DNA from: Kofleriaceae bacterium
GTDB taxonomy: Bacteria; Myxococcota_A; Polyangia; Haliangiales; Haliangiaceae
Assembly (NCBI GenBank): GCA_036489755.1
Contig: DASXFD010000009.1
Coordinates: 16,304-80,303 of the forward strand
DNA length: 64,000 nt
Reading direction: 5' to 3'
The position numbers and the translations under genes were made by a program. Each line of letters starts with the position of its first letter. Position 1 is the stretch's first letter. Of the stretch, positions 1 to 9,728 are shown piece by piece. The notes beneath the pieces are model-generated. The model did not search any database. It had not been told where the DNA came from and saw nothing but the letters and a program-made list of their open reading frames with translations.

Positions 1-72
1 CGACGCAGCCACCCGCAGGTCGCCTGCAGCGCTGGCTGTCGTCGCTGATCCCGGGCTCGAAGTCGTGATGCG

Positions 73-1515
73 ATGACGCGGTGGCGCGTCGCCGGCGCGT
101 GCGTGCTCGTCGCGTGGTGCGCGCTGATGCTGGCGGTCCGCCGGCCGGCGCACATCACCGACGACTGGATGGGCTGGCGCCAGGCCGATACGCAGGCGAT
201 CGCGAGGAACCTCGCGTTCGAAGAGTTCGCGCCGTGGAAGCCGCGTATCGATTGGCGCGGCGACGGCCCCGGTTACGTCGAGACCGAGGCACAGATCTAT
301 CCGACGCTGATCGCGATCGCGATGACAGCGACCGGCGAATCGGTATGGCCGGGCCAGCTGTTGTCGCTCTTGTGCACCGCGGCCGCACTGGCGCTGCTCG
401 CGCTCGCGCTATCGAAGCGCTACGGCGAGCCGGCGGCGTTCGCGGCGCTCGTCGTGATGCTCGGCCATCAGGGCACGATCGCGATCTCGACGTCGATCCA
501 GCCCGACTCGCTCGCCTTGCTCGCGTTCGTGATCGCGTGGCTCGCGTTCGTCGACTACGTCGAGCACGGCCGGCGCTGGATCCTGTGGGTCGCGGTCACC
601 GCGCTCGCCGGGCTCGTCAAGCCGACGACACTCGAGCTCGGCATCGCGCAGTTCGTGCTCGCCGCGCTTGCCGGCAAGCTCCGGGATCGCAAGCTGTGGC
701 TCGGCTGGGCGATCGTCGTCGCGGTCGTCGCCGCGTACTTGCTGTACGCGCGCACGCTGTACGTGCGCTACGGCAACACGTTCGGCGTGTTATCCGGCGG
801 CGACAGCAAGCTGCCGGCGTTATCGATGCTCGGCCAGCGCGAAGTCTGGACCGAGCTCGCGCGCTACTCGATCGTGTGGGGTACCGGCGTGCTCGCGGTG
901 CCGGCCGCGATCTATCTCGCCGCGAAGCGCGCGCTCGAGCCGGTGCATTTCGCGCTCGCGGCGGGCGCGGTCGTGCTCGTGCTCGTCGCGCTGCGCTACA
1001 CGTCGGGCGTCTACGGCACGCACTATCACCTGCCGCACGTCGTGCTCGGCGGCTGGCTCGTCGCGGCGGCCGCGGCGAAGTTACCGGCGCGCGTCGGGAT
1101 CGCGATCGCGATCGTCGCTGCGCTCGTGATGGGCGACCGCGCGCTGCGCTTCTTACGCCGCTTGCCTCCGGAGCCCGAGACGCTCCTCGGCGACAAGCTC
1201 GCGCAGCTGGCGTCGCCCGATACGCTCGTGATCGTGCGCGCGCGCGCCGAGGGCTACAACCTCGAGTGGCACACCACGAACAACTTCGAGGATCCGCGCG
1301 TGTTCTACGTGTCGCGCACGAAGGGCTGGGTGGTGCCGAACGATCTCATCGGAGCGTCGCGGATTGCGGAGCTCGCGCAGCGCGGCGCGGAGTTCTACGT
1401 CCACGTGCACCAGAAGCCGATCGATGCCGAGCTCGCCGCGTGGCTCGCCGCGCACGGCAAGCTTGCAGTCGACTCGCCGGCCGGTCAGATCTACGCGCTC
1501 TCCCGAGATCGATGA
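73..1515 (+). CDS. Polytopic membrane protein, GT-C (ArnT/PMT-like) glycosyltransferase fold, tentative
   Basis: 480-aa ORF with ATG at 73. It has many hydrophobic helices followed by a soluble C-terminal domain, a layout resembling GT39/83-type membrane glycosyltransferases. The family call is not verified. Confidence 0.55.
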   Translation: MTRWRVAGACVLVAWCALMLAVRRPAHITDDWMGWRQADTQAIARNLAFEEFAPWKPRIDWRGDGPGYVETEAQIYPTLIAIAMTATGESVWPGQLLSLLCTAAALALLALALSKRYGEPAAFAALVVMLGHQGTIAISTSIQPDSLALLAFVIAWLAFVDYVEHGRRWILWVAVTALAGLVKPTTLELGIAQFVLAALAGKLRDRKLWLGWAIVVAVVAAYLLYARTLYVRYGNTFGVLSGGDSKLPALSMLGQREVWTELARYSIVWGTGVLAVPAAIYLAAKRALEPVHFALAAGAVVLVLVALRYTSGVYGTHYHLPHVVLGGWLVAAAAAKLPARVGIAIAIVAALVMGDRALRFLRRLPPEPETLLGDKLAQLASPDTLVIVRARAEGYNLEWHTTNNFEDPRVFYVSRTKGWVVPNDLIGASRIAELAQRGAEFYVHVHQKPIDAELAAWLAAHGKLAVDSPAGQIYALSRDR

Positions 1516-1546
1516 GGCCTACCTTGTGTGACTATCATGCGACGTC

Positions 1547-2443
1547 ATGCGCATTCACGTCGATCCGGCCACGTTCGAGCCCTGGAAGGTGCAGGCGCTG
1601 ACGCACGAGCTCGTCGATCATCCGCTGCTGCAGATCGACGCGCTCGTCGAGCTCGGCAAACGCCAGCAGGAACGCAAGCTCGTCCGCACGCACAGCGCCG
1701 ACGCGACCGCGGGCACGAGCTTCGCCGACGCGCCGAGCTTGCACCCGAACGAGCAGGGCACGGCCGCAACGCTCGTCGACATCGCGAAGGCACGCGCGTG
1801 GATGTCGCTGCTCAACGTCCAGGCCGATCCGACGTACCGCGAGCTGATCGACGATATCCTCGACGAGGTGCGCCCGGTCGTCGATCGCCGCGATCCGGGC
1901 ATGTGCTACCGCGCAGGCTGGATCTTCGTGTCGTCGCCGAACACCGTGACGCCGTTCCACATGGATCACGAGCACAACTTCATCATGCAGATCCGCGGCA
2001 CGAAGCGGCTCTACACCTGGGAGCCGTTCGATCGCGAGACCGTCTCGGAGCGCGCGCAGGAGCTGTTTCACAACAACCACTCTCGCGAGCTCGTCACGTG
2101 GAGCGAGGACCATCGCAAGCGCGCGCGCGTGCTCGAGCTTCGGCCCGGGCTCGGCGGCTACATGCCGTCGACGGCGCCGCACATGGTCGAGAACGGCCCC
2201 GAACCGTCGATCACGATCAGCTTCACGTACTACACGGACTCGACGCGCCGGCGCGAGCTGCTCTATCGCGGCAACGCGGCGATGCGGCGGATCGGCATCG
2301 AGCCCACGCCGGTCGGCACGTCGCACGGCCGCGATCGCATGAAGCACGCGGTGCTCGCCGGCTTCACGACCGCGAAGAACCTGATGCGGCGTGCGACCGG
2401 CCGCTCGATCCGCGAGAACGATCAGCCGTACGCGCCCGCGTGA
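1547..2443 (+). CDS. Cupin/JmjC-like (aspartyl/asparaginyl beta-hydroxylase-like) oxygenase
   Basis: 298 aa. TPFHMDHEHNF ... STAPHMVEN gives a His-x-Asp...His facial-triad pattern in a cupin-like context. The stop overlaps the next gene's start (GTGA). Confidence 0.75.
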   Translation: MRIHVDPATFEPWKVQALTHELVDHPLLQIDALVELGKRQQERKLVRTHSADATAGTSFADAPSLHPNEQGTAATLVDIAKARAWMSLLNVQADPTYRELIDDILDEVRPVVDRRDPGMCYRAGWIFVSSPNTVTPFHMDHEHNFIMQIRGTKRLYTWEPFDRETVSERAQELFHNNHSRELVTWSEDHRKRARVLELRPGLGGYMPSTAPHMVENGPEPSITISFTYYTDSTRRRELLYRGNAAMRRIGIEPTPVGTSHGRDRMKHAVLAGFTTAKNLMRRATGRSIRENDQPYAPA

Positions 2444-3078
2444 TTCGAGACCTACTTCCGCCGGGCACCGCGTTCGCCGAGCTCGCGATCGTCGGCGAGC
2501 CGCCGCCGCTGTTGGGCGACGAGGAGCTCGCGGTGGCGCGCGCGGTCGCCAAGCGGCGCCGCGAGTTCGCGTTCGGCCGCGCCTGCGCGCGCCGTGCGCT
2601 CGGCATCGACGTCGCGATCGCGGTCGGCCACGGCGGCGCGCCGATCTGGCCGGCCGGCTACGCGGGCAGCATCACGCACACCGACGATTACGCCGCTGCA
2701 GCAGTCGTACGCAGCGGCCAGATCGGCATCGACGTCGAATCCGTCGCGCGCGCCGCGAAGATCGCCGGGCTCGCGGCGACCGTCGCGAAGACCGCCGGCG
2801 AGCGCGCCGTGCCGCCGGCACTCGTGTTCTCCGCAAAAGAGAGCGTCTACAAGTGCCTGTATCCGACGGCCGGCGTGTTCCTCGATTTCGGTGACGTCGA
2901 GCTCGCCTTCGAAAGGTCTAGCTCTGCTGGACCGCGCAGCGCTCCCGAAGGGGAGCGCGGAGGCGAGATCGACGCCGGCGAGTTTCACGTGTTGCGCGCC
3001 GCCGGCTACGACGCTCGGGCGATCCGCGGCCGTTTCGCGATCTCGGCGACGCACGTCGCGACGGTCGCTTCGCTGTAG
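2440..3078 (+). CDS. 4'-phosphopantetheinyl transferase (Sfp/EntD type)
   Basis: In-frame GTG at 2440 overlaps the upstream TGA; 212 aa. IGIDVES and FSAKESVYK match the PPTase Mg-binding and (W/F)xxKE motifs. The upstream part of ORF-track entry 1528..3078 is an Arg/Ala-rich shadow frame. Confidence 0.85.
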   Translation: MIRDLLPPGTAFAELAIVGEPPPLLGDEELAVARAVAKRRREFAFGRACARRALGIDVAIAVGHGGAPIWPAGYAGSITHTDDYAAAAVVRSGQIGIDVESVARAAKIAGLAATVAKTAGERAVPPALVFSAKESVYKCLYPTAGVFLDFGDVELAFERSSSAGPRSAPEGERGGEIDAGEFHVLRAAGYDARAIRGRFAISATHVATVASL

Positions 3079-3147
3079 TCCGTCCCTTCGCCGCTCAACA
3101 AATTCGCGGGCTTGTGCCGCGCAAGTTTCGTTACTGTAGACCGTCCC

Positions 3148-4584
3148 CTACTTCTTCGACATCGCGCGCGCCTTCGCCTTCGTCGACTTGACGAGGTCGG
3201 TGGCTTGCGCGGTGCCCGGCGCGTACGCCTTCGTGTCCTTGTCCATCTCGTCGAGGTCACCGAGCGCCTCGGCGGCGGCCGCCGGCTTGAGCTTGTACGC
3301 GGCCTGCTTGGCCTCGATGTGATGCTGCGTGGTCGCGATGATCGCGGCCGCGCTGCCCGCGTTGCCGTGCTCGTACTCCTGCGCGGCTTGGCGCATCGAC
3401 TCGGCCGCCTCGAGCTTGAACACCTCGGCCATCACGTCCGGATCGGCCGACGCGATCGCCGCGTCGCGATCGTCGGTGAGCTGGACGCCGAGATCGATCG
3501 GCTCGCGATGCGTCGCGCCGCCGGCGGTGTCGCGGTAGACGAGCTCGGCGTGGAGCGCGCGGGTCTCGCCGAGCGTCGCGTCGGGCACGCGCAGCGACAC
3601 GAGCAGCTTGCGATCGTCGCCGCCGAACAGGTCGGGCATCGGCACGACCGTCGCGTCGCCGTCCTTGTGCGACTCGTAGCCGTGGACCGCCGCGAGCTGG
3701 GCCCCGCAGCTCGTCGTCAGGCGAAGCTCGACGTTCGTCGCGACGGTCGCCTGCACGCTGGCGAGCTCGCCCGCGATCGTCTTGTCGAGATCGCTCGCGC
3801 TCTTGACGTAGTGGTAGTTGCCGCGGCCGGCCTCGGCGATCGATTCCATCAGGTCTTCGTTGAAGTCGAGACCGATGCCGACCGACGTCACGCGCACGCC
3901 GTGGTTCGCGGCCTCGCGCGCGGTGTCGGCGATGCGCTTCGGATCGATGATGCCGACGTTCGCCATGCCGTCGCTGAGCAGCATCACGCGGCTCGCTTCG
4001 CCCGAGACGTAGACGCGCTCGACCTCGTGGCGGCCGAGCTCGAGCCCGGCTTCGAGGTTCGTGCTGCCGCCGGTCTCGAGTGCGGCGATCGCGTGCTCCA
4101 TCTTCGTCTTGCCACCGTCGTCCATCACGAGCGACGACACCACGACCTGCGCCGCGTCGTCGTACTGGATCAGCGCGACGTGATCCTGCGCGCCGAGCTT
4201 CTCGACGATTCCGCGCGCCGCGCTCTTCGCGTGCTCGAGCCGGTCGCCGCTCATCGAGCCCGAACGATCGATCACGAACGCGAGATCGAGCGGCGGCCGC
4301 TGCGTGTTGGCGGCGGCTTGGGTGGCAATCTCGAACTCCGCGTGCAGGTCGCCGCCGCCGCCGCGCGCGAGCTTGCCCGCCGACAGCGCACCGGTGAGCT
4401 TGCCGTGCTCGAGCTTCGCGTCGGCGTGCGACGGCGCGGGCGTGCCACAGCTCGCCGGCTCGACGGGCGTGGCGCCGCGCGAAGGTGCTGCAGACTCTGC
4501 GTGGCCGAGATCGAGAACGAGCGCGGTCGCCACCGCCGCGCCAGCCGCGCCGAGAATCAGCGCCGTGCGAGTTTTGGATTTCAT
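3148..4584 (-). CDS. Secreted von Willebrand factor type A (VWA) domain protein
   Basis: The real start is MKSKTRTALILGAAGA (signal peptide), from cat at 4582-4584. The MIDAS motif DRSGSM is present and the VWA-like core continues through LLSDGMANVG. 478 aa. Confidence 0.85.
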   Translation of the reverse strand: MKSKTRTALILGAAGAAVATALVLDLGHAESAAPSRGATPVEPASCGTPAPSHADAKLEHGKLTGALSAGKLARGGGGDLHAEFEIATQAAANTQRPPLDLAFVIDRSGSMSGDRLEHAKSAARGIVEKLGAQDHVALIQYDDAAQVVVSSLVMDDGGKTKMEHAIAALETGGSTNLEAGLELGRHEVERVYVSGEASRVMLLSDGMANVGIIDPKRIADTAREAANHGVRVTSVGIGLDFNEDLMESIAEAGRGNYHYVKSASDLDKTIAGELASVQATVATNVELRLTTSCGAQLAAVHGYESHKDGDATVVPMPDLFGGDDRKLLVSLRVPDATLGETRALHAELVYRDTAGGATHREPIDLGVQLTDDRDAAIASADPDVMAEVFKLEAAESMRQAAQEYEHGNAGSAAAIIATTQHHIEAKQAAYKLKPAAAAEALGDLDEMDKDTKAYAPGTAQATDLVKSTKAKARAMSKK

Positions 4585-4677
4585 CGTGGAGCTTTGCAAC
4601 GCACGAGCCGGCGGCGAGTTCTGATGCAACCGCACGCGGCCAGCGCTGTCCTCGTCGGTTCGTGCGATGATCGGGGC

Positions 4678-6369
4678 ATGCGGGGAGTGGTCGTCATCGC
4701 CGCGCTCGCGGCCTGCAATCACGGCAATCCCGGCGGTCATCCCGGCGATGCGGGCGGGTCGCCGGATGCCTCGACGTCGACGGGGGCGCTGTGCCAGAGC
4801 GGCTCGAACACCACGAGCGCGGGCAGCGCGCAGATCACGCTCGACGTCGACGTCGCGCTCGGCCCGCTGCAGCAACAATTTTCCGGCGCGGCGGTCCAAA
4901 GCCCGACCCCGCTGCCGGTGTCCGACTACGTCTACGGGATCAACCAGTATCCCGAGAACAACTACTTCCTGAATTATCCGGCGATCGAGTTCGGCCTCAT
5001 GCGGTGGGGCGGCGACTCGTACAGCGACTGGAACTGGACGAACAACGACGACAACGTCGGCCGCGACAACGGCTACACGAACACGAACCAGTTCATGCCG
5101 TTCGCGTACGGCAACGATCCGAGCGATCCGAGCTACCACGGCAACCCGCACGATACGAATCCGGTCGGCGCGCTCGCCGATGGCAACGATTCGGTGCCGT
5201 CGGCACAGCAGCGCGGCACCGCGTCGCTCGTGACCGTGTCGGTGCAGGACTACGTCGCCGCGAATGCCGACGACATGGCGGTCACGTACGCGCCGAGCGC
5301 GGACTTCGGCTCGAACTCGCCCGCCAACCAGAGCGCGTTCGTCTCGCACATGGCGCAGTACACGGGCGCGCCGATCTTTTACGAGCTCGACAACGAGCCG
5401 AACTACTGGTCGGGCACACACCCGGAAGTGTTCGGGACGAACGATCTGTCGTTCGACGAGCTCGTCGCGCGCGATACGGCATACGCGACCGCCGTGAAGG
5501 CCGCCGCGCCGAGCGCGATCGTGTTCGGCCCGGTGATCGCGGGCGTCGACGGCATGACGTCGCTCGACGATTACGGGAACCTCGCGTCGAGCAATCCCTA
5601 TACCGCGAGCGGCACCGATGCCGTCACGTACTTCCTGTCGAAGCTCGGGCCGCACCTCGTCGACGTGCTCGACCTCCACTACTACAACGACACGAAGGAC
5701 AAGACCGGCACCGCGAAGGCGCCCGACGACTGCGTGCAAGGCGCGCGCGATTATTGGGATCCCACGTATTCGACGCCCGACACCACGTACGACGACTACA
5801 TTACCGGCTGGAAGCCGCGCGCGTTGATCCCGCGGATCGAGTCGAAGATCGCGGCGAACGCGCCGGGTACCGGTCTCGCGTTCACCGAGTACAATAACGG
5901 CTGCGAGCTGGCGATCGCCGGCGGCGTGGCCGAGGCCGATACGCTCGGCGTCTTCGGCCAGTACGGCGTATTCGCGGCGACCGCGTGGCCACTACAGAGC
6001 GCGGCGCCGGGCGGCAATTGGCTCGTCGGCGCGTTCGGCGCGTATCGCGACTACGACGGCAGCGGCGCGACCGTCGGCACGCTCGCGGTGTCTGCGACGT
6101 CGAGCGACGTCACGCAGGTCGCGGTGTACGGCTTCGCGCATTCGGGCACGGCAGCGGGCGTCGAGGTCGTCGCGATCAATCGCACGGGCGCGCCGGTCGT
6201 GGTCGAGCTTCGCTTGAGCAACGCGTGCACCGTCACGACCGCGCGCGTGTTCCAGCTGACCTCGGCGAGCGCGGCGATGGCATCGGCCGGGCCGAACGTT
6301 GCGGTTGCGGGCAACGCGCTCGCGTACACGCTGCCGGCGACGAGCGTGACGACGTTCGAGCTGCGCTGA
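4678..6369 (+). CDS. Glycoside hydrolase family 44-like lipoprotein
   Basis: ATG at 4678, in frame with ORF 3112..6369. Lipobox MRGVVVIAALAAC. MRWGGDSYSDWNW and YELDNEPNYWSGTHPEV resemble GH44 signatures. 563 aa. Confidence 0.7.
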   Translation: MRGVVVIAALAACNHGNPGGHPGDAGGSPDASTSTGALCQSGSNTTSAGSAQITLDVDVALGPLQQQFSGAAVQSPTPLPVSDYVYGINQYPENNYFLNYPAIEFGLMRWGGDSYSDWNWTNNDDNVGRDNGYTNTNQFMPFAYGNDPSDPSYHGNPHDTNPVGALADGNDSVPSAQQRGTASLVTVSVQDYVAANADDMAVTYAPSADFGSNSPANQSAFVSHMAQYTGAPIFYELDNEPNYWSGTHPEVFGTNDLSFDELVARDTAYATAVKAAAPSAIVFGPVIAGVDGMTSLDDYGNLASSNPYTASGTDAVTYFLSKLGPHLVDVLDLHYYNDTKDKTGTAKAPDDCVQGARDYWDPTYSTPDTTYDDYITGWKPRALIPRIESKIAANAPGTGLAFTEYNNGCELAIAGGVAEADTLGVFGQYGVFAATAWPLQSAAPGGNWLVGAFGAYRDYDGSGATVGTLAVSATSSDVTQVAVYGFAHSGTAAGVEVVAINRTGAPVVVELRLSNACTVTTARVFQLTSASAAMASAGPNVAVAGNALAYTLPATSVTTFELR

Positions 6370-6395
6370 CCCGTAGCGCGGTACGCTCGCGAGCG

Positions 6396-6986
6396 ATGAG
6401 CAAGTCGGTGGTGGCCTGGATCGCGATCACCGCGCTCGCGTCGCTGATCGCGTCGCTCGACGGCGGCCACCTCGCGCAATGGACCGCGCTCGCGCCGTCG
6501 CGCGTCTGGCACGGCGAGCTGTGGCGACTCGCGACGTGGCCGCTGATCGAGCGCACGCTCTACTCGACGACGCTCAGCTGCCTGATCCTCGCGCGCTACG
6601 CCGGGCCGCTCGCGGCGCGCTGGGGCGGTGTCGCGCTCGCGCGGTTCGTCGCGCCGATCGTCGTGCTCGCGGCGATCGCGACGTGCCTGGTCGCCTTGGT
6701 CTCGCACCACGCGAACGAGCCGCGACTCGGCGGCTGGGCGATCACGGCGATCCTGATGATCGCGTGGGGCCGCCAGTTCCCGGACTGGACGCTGGTGCCG
6801 ACGGGTGGGTTGTTCCGGCTGCGCGGCGCGTCGCTCGTGCTCGGCATCGTCGGGCTCACGATCGTGCTCGCGTTGCTCGTCGGTCCGTTGTCGTGCGTGC
6901 CAGAGCTCGCGGCCTGCGCGATCGCGATCTGGTGGCCGCTGCCGCGTCAGTCGAGCGAGTCGAGATCCGAATCGGCGCCGCTGTAG
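6396..6986 (+). CDS. Rhomboid-like membrane protein; catalytic GxSG not evident
   Basis: 196 aa with 5-6 hydrophobic helices. WRLATWPLIE resembles the rhomboid WRL motif, but I could not find the Ser of GxSG (GGWA instead). Confidence 0.5.
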   Translation: MSKSVVAWIAITALASLIASLDGGHLAQWTALAPSRVWHGELWRLATWPLIERTLYSTTLSCLILARYAGPLAARWGGVALARFVAPIVVLAAIATCLVALVSHHANEPRLGGWAITAILMIAWGRQFPDWTLVPTGGLFRLRGASLVLGIVGLTIVLALLVGPLSCVPELAACAIAIWWPLPRQSSESRSESAPL

Positions 6987-7930
6987 AACCAGCGCGACGG
7001 ATCGACGAGCCTGCGATCGCCGTCCTGCGGCAGCATCACGAGGAACGGCTTGTGCTCGCGCTCGAAGAACCCGGCGCGCCACATCGCGCGGCGCCGGCCG
7101 TCGGGCGACGCGAGCTTGATGTCGATCGTCGTGGCCGTCGTCGTCTTCGAGGCGTGGGCGACGATCGCTCGCAGCGCGTCGTGCCACGCGCCGGGTACCG
7201 CGATCAGATCGACGATGTGCAGCGTGCGGCCGCCCGCGACGGTCTCGAGCGCGCATGCCGCGATCGGCCGCTTGCCGCGAACGATCACGTACGCGGGCTC
7301 GCGACCCGACGGTGCCTCGACGAATCGCCACGTGTAGAACGCGGAGTCGCGAATCGCGCCGAGCGAGACGTCCTCGCGCGCGGCGCGCCAGACTTCGTCG
7401 ACGCGCTCGTCGTGGCTCGCCATCGGCTCGAGCCGCGCGGCGGGCCAGCGTGCCGTGCGCGCGACGTGCTCGAGCGCGGTCAACCCGGCCGCGAAGCCAC
7501 GCAGCGGGCGCACCCAGCGGGCCACGGTGCAGACCTCGCGCGAGCCGCCGTGCTTGAGCGGCGACAGGTTCATCGCGCCCGGCGCGCCGTACATGCACGC
7601 CAACCCGGCTCCGCCGAGCGCCGACCGCGAGGCTTCGTGCAACGCGGCGCCGATGCCGTGGCGGCGAAACGCGGGGCGAACCCAACCGTCGCCGCCGAGC
7701 GCGCCGAGCGCCAACGCACCGTCGACTTGTAGGCGGAACGGGAAGAACGAGGTACAGCCGGCGACCTGGCCGCCCGCGCACGCGAGCCAGGTCAACGCGT
7801 GCCCCGCCGGATTGCCTTCGTAAAGCCAGGACAGCCGTCGCTCGGCGTCACAGCTCGGGATCATTTCTTGGACCAGCTGCGCGACGACCTCGCGATCGGC
7901 CGTCTCGGCCCTGCGGATCGAAAACCTCAT
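6947..7930 (-). CDS. GNAT family N-acetyltransferase
   Basis: Start taken at MRFSIRRAETAD (cat at 7928-7930). RRHGIGAAL matches the acetyl-CoA binding motif (R/Q-x-x-G-x-G/A). 327 aa. An alternative start lies 24 nt upstream. Confidence 0.8.
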   Translation of the reverse strand: MRFSIRRAETADREVVAQLVQEMIPSCDAERRLSWLYEGNPAGHALTWLACAGGQVAGCTSFFPFRLQVDGALALGALGGDGWVRPAFRRHGIGAALHEASRSALGGAGLACMYGAPGAMNLSPLKHGGSREVCTVARWVRPLRGFAAGLTALEHVARTARWPAARLEPMASHDERVDEVWRAAREDVSLGAIRDSAFYTWRFVEAPSGREPAYVIVRGKRPIAACALETVAGGRTLHIVDLIAVPGAWHDALRAIVAHASKTTTATTIDIKLASPDGRRRAMWRAGFFEREHKPFLVMLPQDGDRRLVDPSRWFYSGADSDLDSLD

Positions 7931-7952
7931 TTCGCGCAGTTGTGCATGCAGC

Positions 7953-9017
7953 ATGCCGCGCCCGAGTGGCTGGCCGATCGCTCCCGGTGTGGGAAAGTGC
8001 GGCGTGGCTTCGAAACGGATCGCCGTCATCCTCGCTGGCGCAGTCGCCAAGGGCGCGTTTTCCGCGGGCGTGGTGCAAGCGCTCGCGCGCATGAACGTCC
8101 AGGTCGTGCGCATCGTCGCGGCAAGCTCGGGCGCGCTCAACGGCCTGTTGTTCGCGGCGGGCATCCGCGCGCGCGACCCGGTCGCGGCGGCCGATCGGCT
8201 CGTCGAGCTGTGGTCTGATCACGGGGGCTGGTCGCAGGTCTTTCACGTCAGCCTCGGCGATCTCGTGCGGCGCGAGGGCGTCTCCGACGACAAGAATCTG
8301 CTCGCGCTGATCCGTGACAACGTGAAGCCGAACCCGTCACCGCCGGGCGCCGACATCGAGCTGCGGCTCGTCGTCGCGCCGCTGCACGGCGCGCGCGGCT
8401 CGATCGCGGGCCAGCCGGCAACCACGTTCGAGCACGTGCTCGACTTCGCGGGCACCGCGTTCGACAGCGAAGCCGGCCTCGAGCCGATGTTCGCCGCCGC
8501 GACCGCGTCGGCCGCGCTACCGATCGCGTTCGCGCCGGTCGATCTCCCGGGACTGGGCCCGTGCGTCGACGGCGGCGCGGTCAACAACACGCCGATCAAG
8601 TGGGCGCTCGAAGGCGAGCTCGGTCGATCGATCGACGCGGTCGTCGTGGTGACCACGAGCATGCAGGTGCTCGCGGCCGACCCGGACGAAGAGCTCCGCG
8701 GCACGCGCCTCATCGGCCGGTTCGCCGAGCTGCTGATCGAGGAGCGGCTGTACCGCGACCTGCGCCTCACCGCGTGCGCGAACGCCGAGCTGCGAGCCCT
8801 CGCGGGCCTGCGCGGCGAGCTCGGCGATGCCGCGATCGACACGGTGCTGGCCGCGCTGCACTGGCAGGCGCGCCGCGACATCGAGATCGTGACGATCCGG
8901 CCCGACGCACAGCTCGCGGGCTCGGCGTTCTCCGGCTTCTTCGATCGCGCGACGCGCGAGCAGTACATCGCGGCCGGTCGCGCCGCCGCAGCGCAGGCGC
9001 TCGCGACGTGGACGTGA
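7953..9017 (+). CDS. Patatin-like phospholipase
   Basis: AGAVAKGAF (Gly-rich oxyanion loop), AASSGALNG (GxSxG nucleophile) and VDGGAVNNTP (catalytic Asp DGG/A). The exact start is uncertain. Confidence 0.85.
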   Translation: MPRPSGWPIAPGVGKCGVASKRIAVILAGAVAKGAFSAGVVQALARMNVQVVRIVAASSGALNGLLFAAGIRARDPVAAADRLVELWSDHGGWSQVFHVSLGDLVRREGVSDDKNLLALIRDNVKPNPSPPGADIELRLVVAPLHGARGSIAGQPATTFEHVLDFAGTAFDSEAGLEPMFAAATASAALPIAFAPVDLPGLGPCVDGGAVNNTPIKWALEGELGRSIDAVVVVTTSMQVLAADPDEELRGTRLIGRFAELLIEERLYRDLRLTACANAELRALAGLRGELGDAAIDTVLAALHWQARRDIEIVTIRPDAQLAGSAFSGFFDRATREQYIAAGRAAAAQALATWT

Positions 9018-9020
9018 CGC

Positions 9021-9716
9021 TCACGGCGCCGCGAGCACGCACGCCGCGCCGACGATGCCGGCGATCAGCGCCGATAGCTTGCGCATGCGGACGAGCTCGG
9101 GGACCAGATCGACGATCGCGATGTACGCGAACGTGCCGCCCGCGATCGCCATGATCGTCGGCTCGCTGCGCGCGATCGCCGTCGACGCGACCAGCGTGCC
9201 CACCGCGCCGATCGCGGCGGTGAGCTGTACGGCCGCGAGTGCGAGCACGGCGTTGCGCTTGCCGATGTCGCTCGCGCGAAGCAGCGCGTAGTCGGCGATC
9301 TCTTCGGGAACTTCGTGGACGATCACCGCGAACGACGTCACCGCGCCGAGATGGATCGACACCAGGAACGCGGCGGCGATCGCCATGCCGTCGCCGATGT
9401 TGTGGAGCGCGTCGGAGCCGAGCAAGGCGATCGGCGTGACCGGACCGCGGCGGCGCCGCACGGCCGCCTCCGCGACGCCGAGCACGAACACCGACGCGCC
9501 GGCCCACACGAGCACGCCCCAGCCGGCGAGGTGCACCGCTTCGGGCAAGACCTCGCCGGTTCCGGACGCGAGCACAGCGCCGGTCGCGAAGCCGAGCATC
9601 GGCGCGCGATAGCGCTCGAGCCAGCGCTCGGGAATCGCGGCGCCGGCGAGCCCGGCCGCGCCGTCGAGCACGACCATCGCCATGACCCACCACCAGATCT
9701 CGGTCGTGCTGCCCAC
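9021..9716 (-). CDS. ZIP family divalent metal transporter (ZupT-like)
   Basis: 231 aa and polytopic. HNIGDGMAIAAAF and VIVHEVPEEIADYALL are typical ZIP metal-binding helices. Confidence 0.85.
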   Translation of the reverse strand: MGSTTEIWWWVMAMVVLDGAAGLAGAAIPERWLERYRAPMLGFATGAVLASGTGEVLPEAVHLAGWGVLVWAGASVFVLGVAEAAVRRRRGPVTPIALLGSDALHNIGDGMAIAAAFLVSIHLGAVTSFAVIVHEVPEEIADYALLRASDIGKRNAVLALAAVQLTAAIGAVGTLVASTAIARSEPTIMAIAGGTFAYIAIVDLVPELVRMRKLSALIAGIVGAACVLAAP

Positions 9717-9728
9717 GTAGTGGAAACG

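Noticed and set aside
1528-2439. Upstream part of ORF 1528..3078 (would give a 516-aa PPTase fusion)
   Set aside because: It overlaps the cupin gene in another frame and is Arg-rich. The PPTase homology begins only after the GTG at 2440.
3105-3121. Short hairpin CGCGG-N7-CCGCG between the convergent PPTase and VWA genes
   Set aside because: The stem is only 5 bp and there is no clear U-tract. This is too weak to call a terminator.
3112-4677. N-terminal 522 codons of ORF 3112..6369
   Set aside because: This part is antisense to the VWA gene and is Arg/Leu/Val-rich junk. The real GH44-like gene starts at the lipoprotein signal at 4678.
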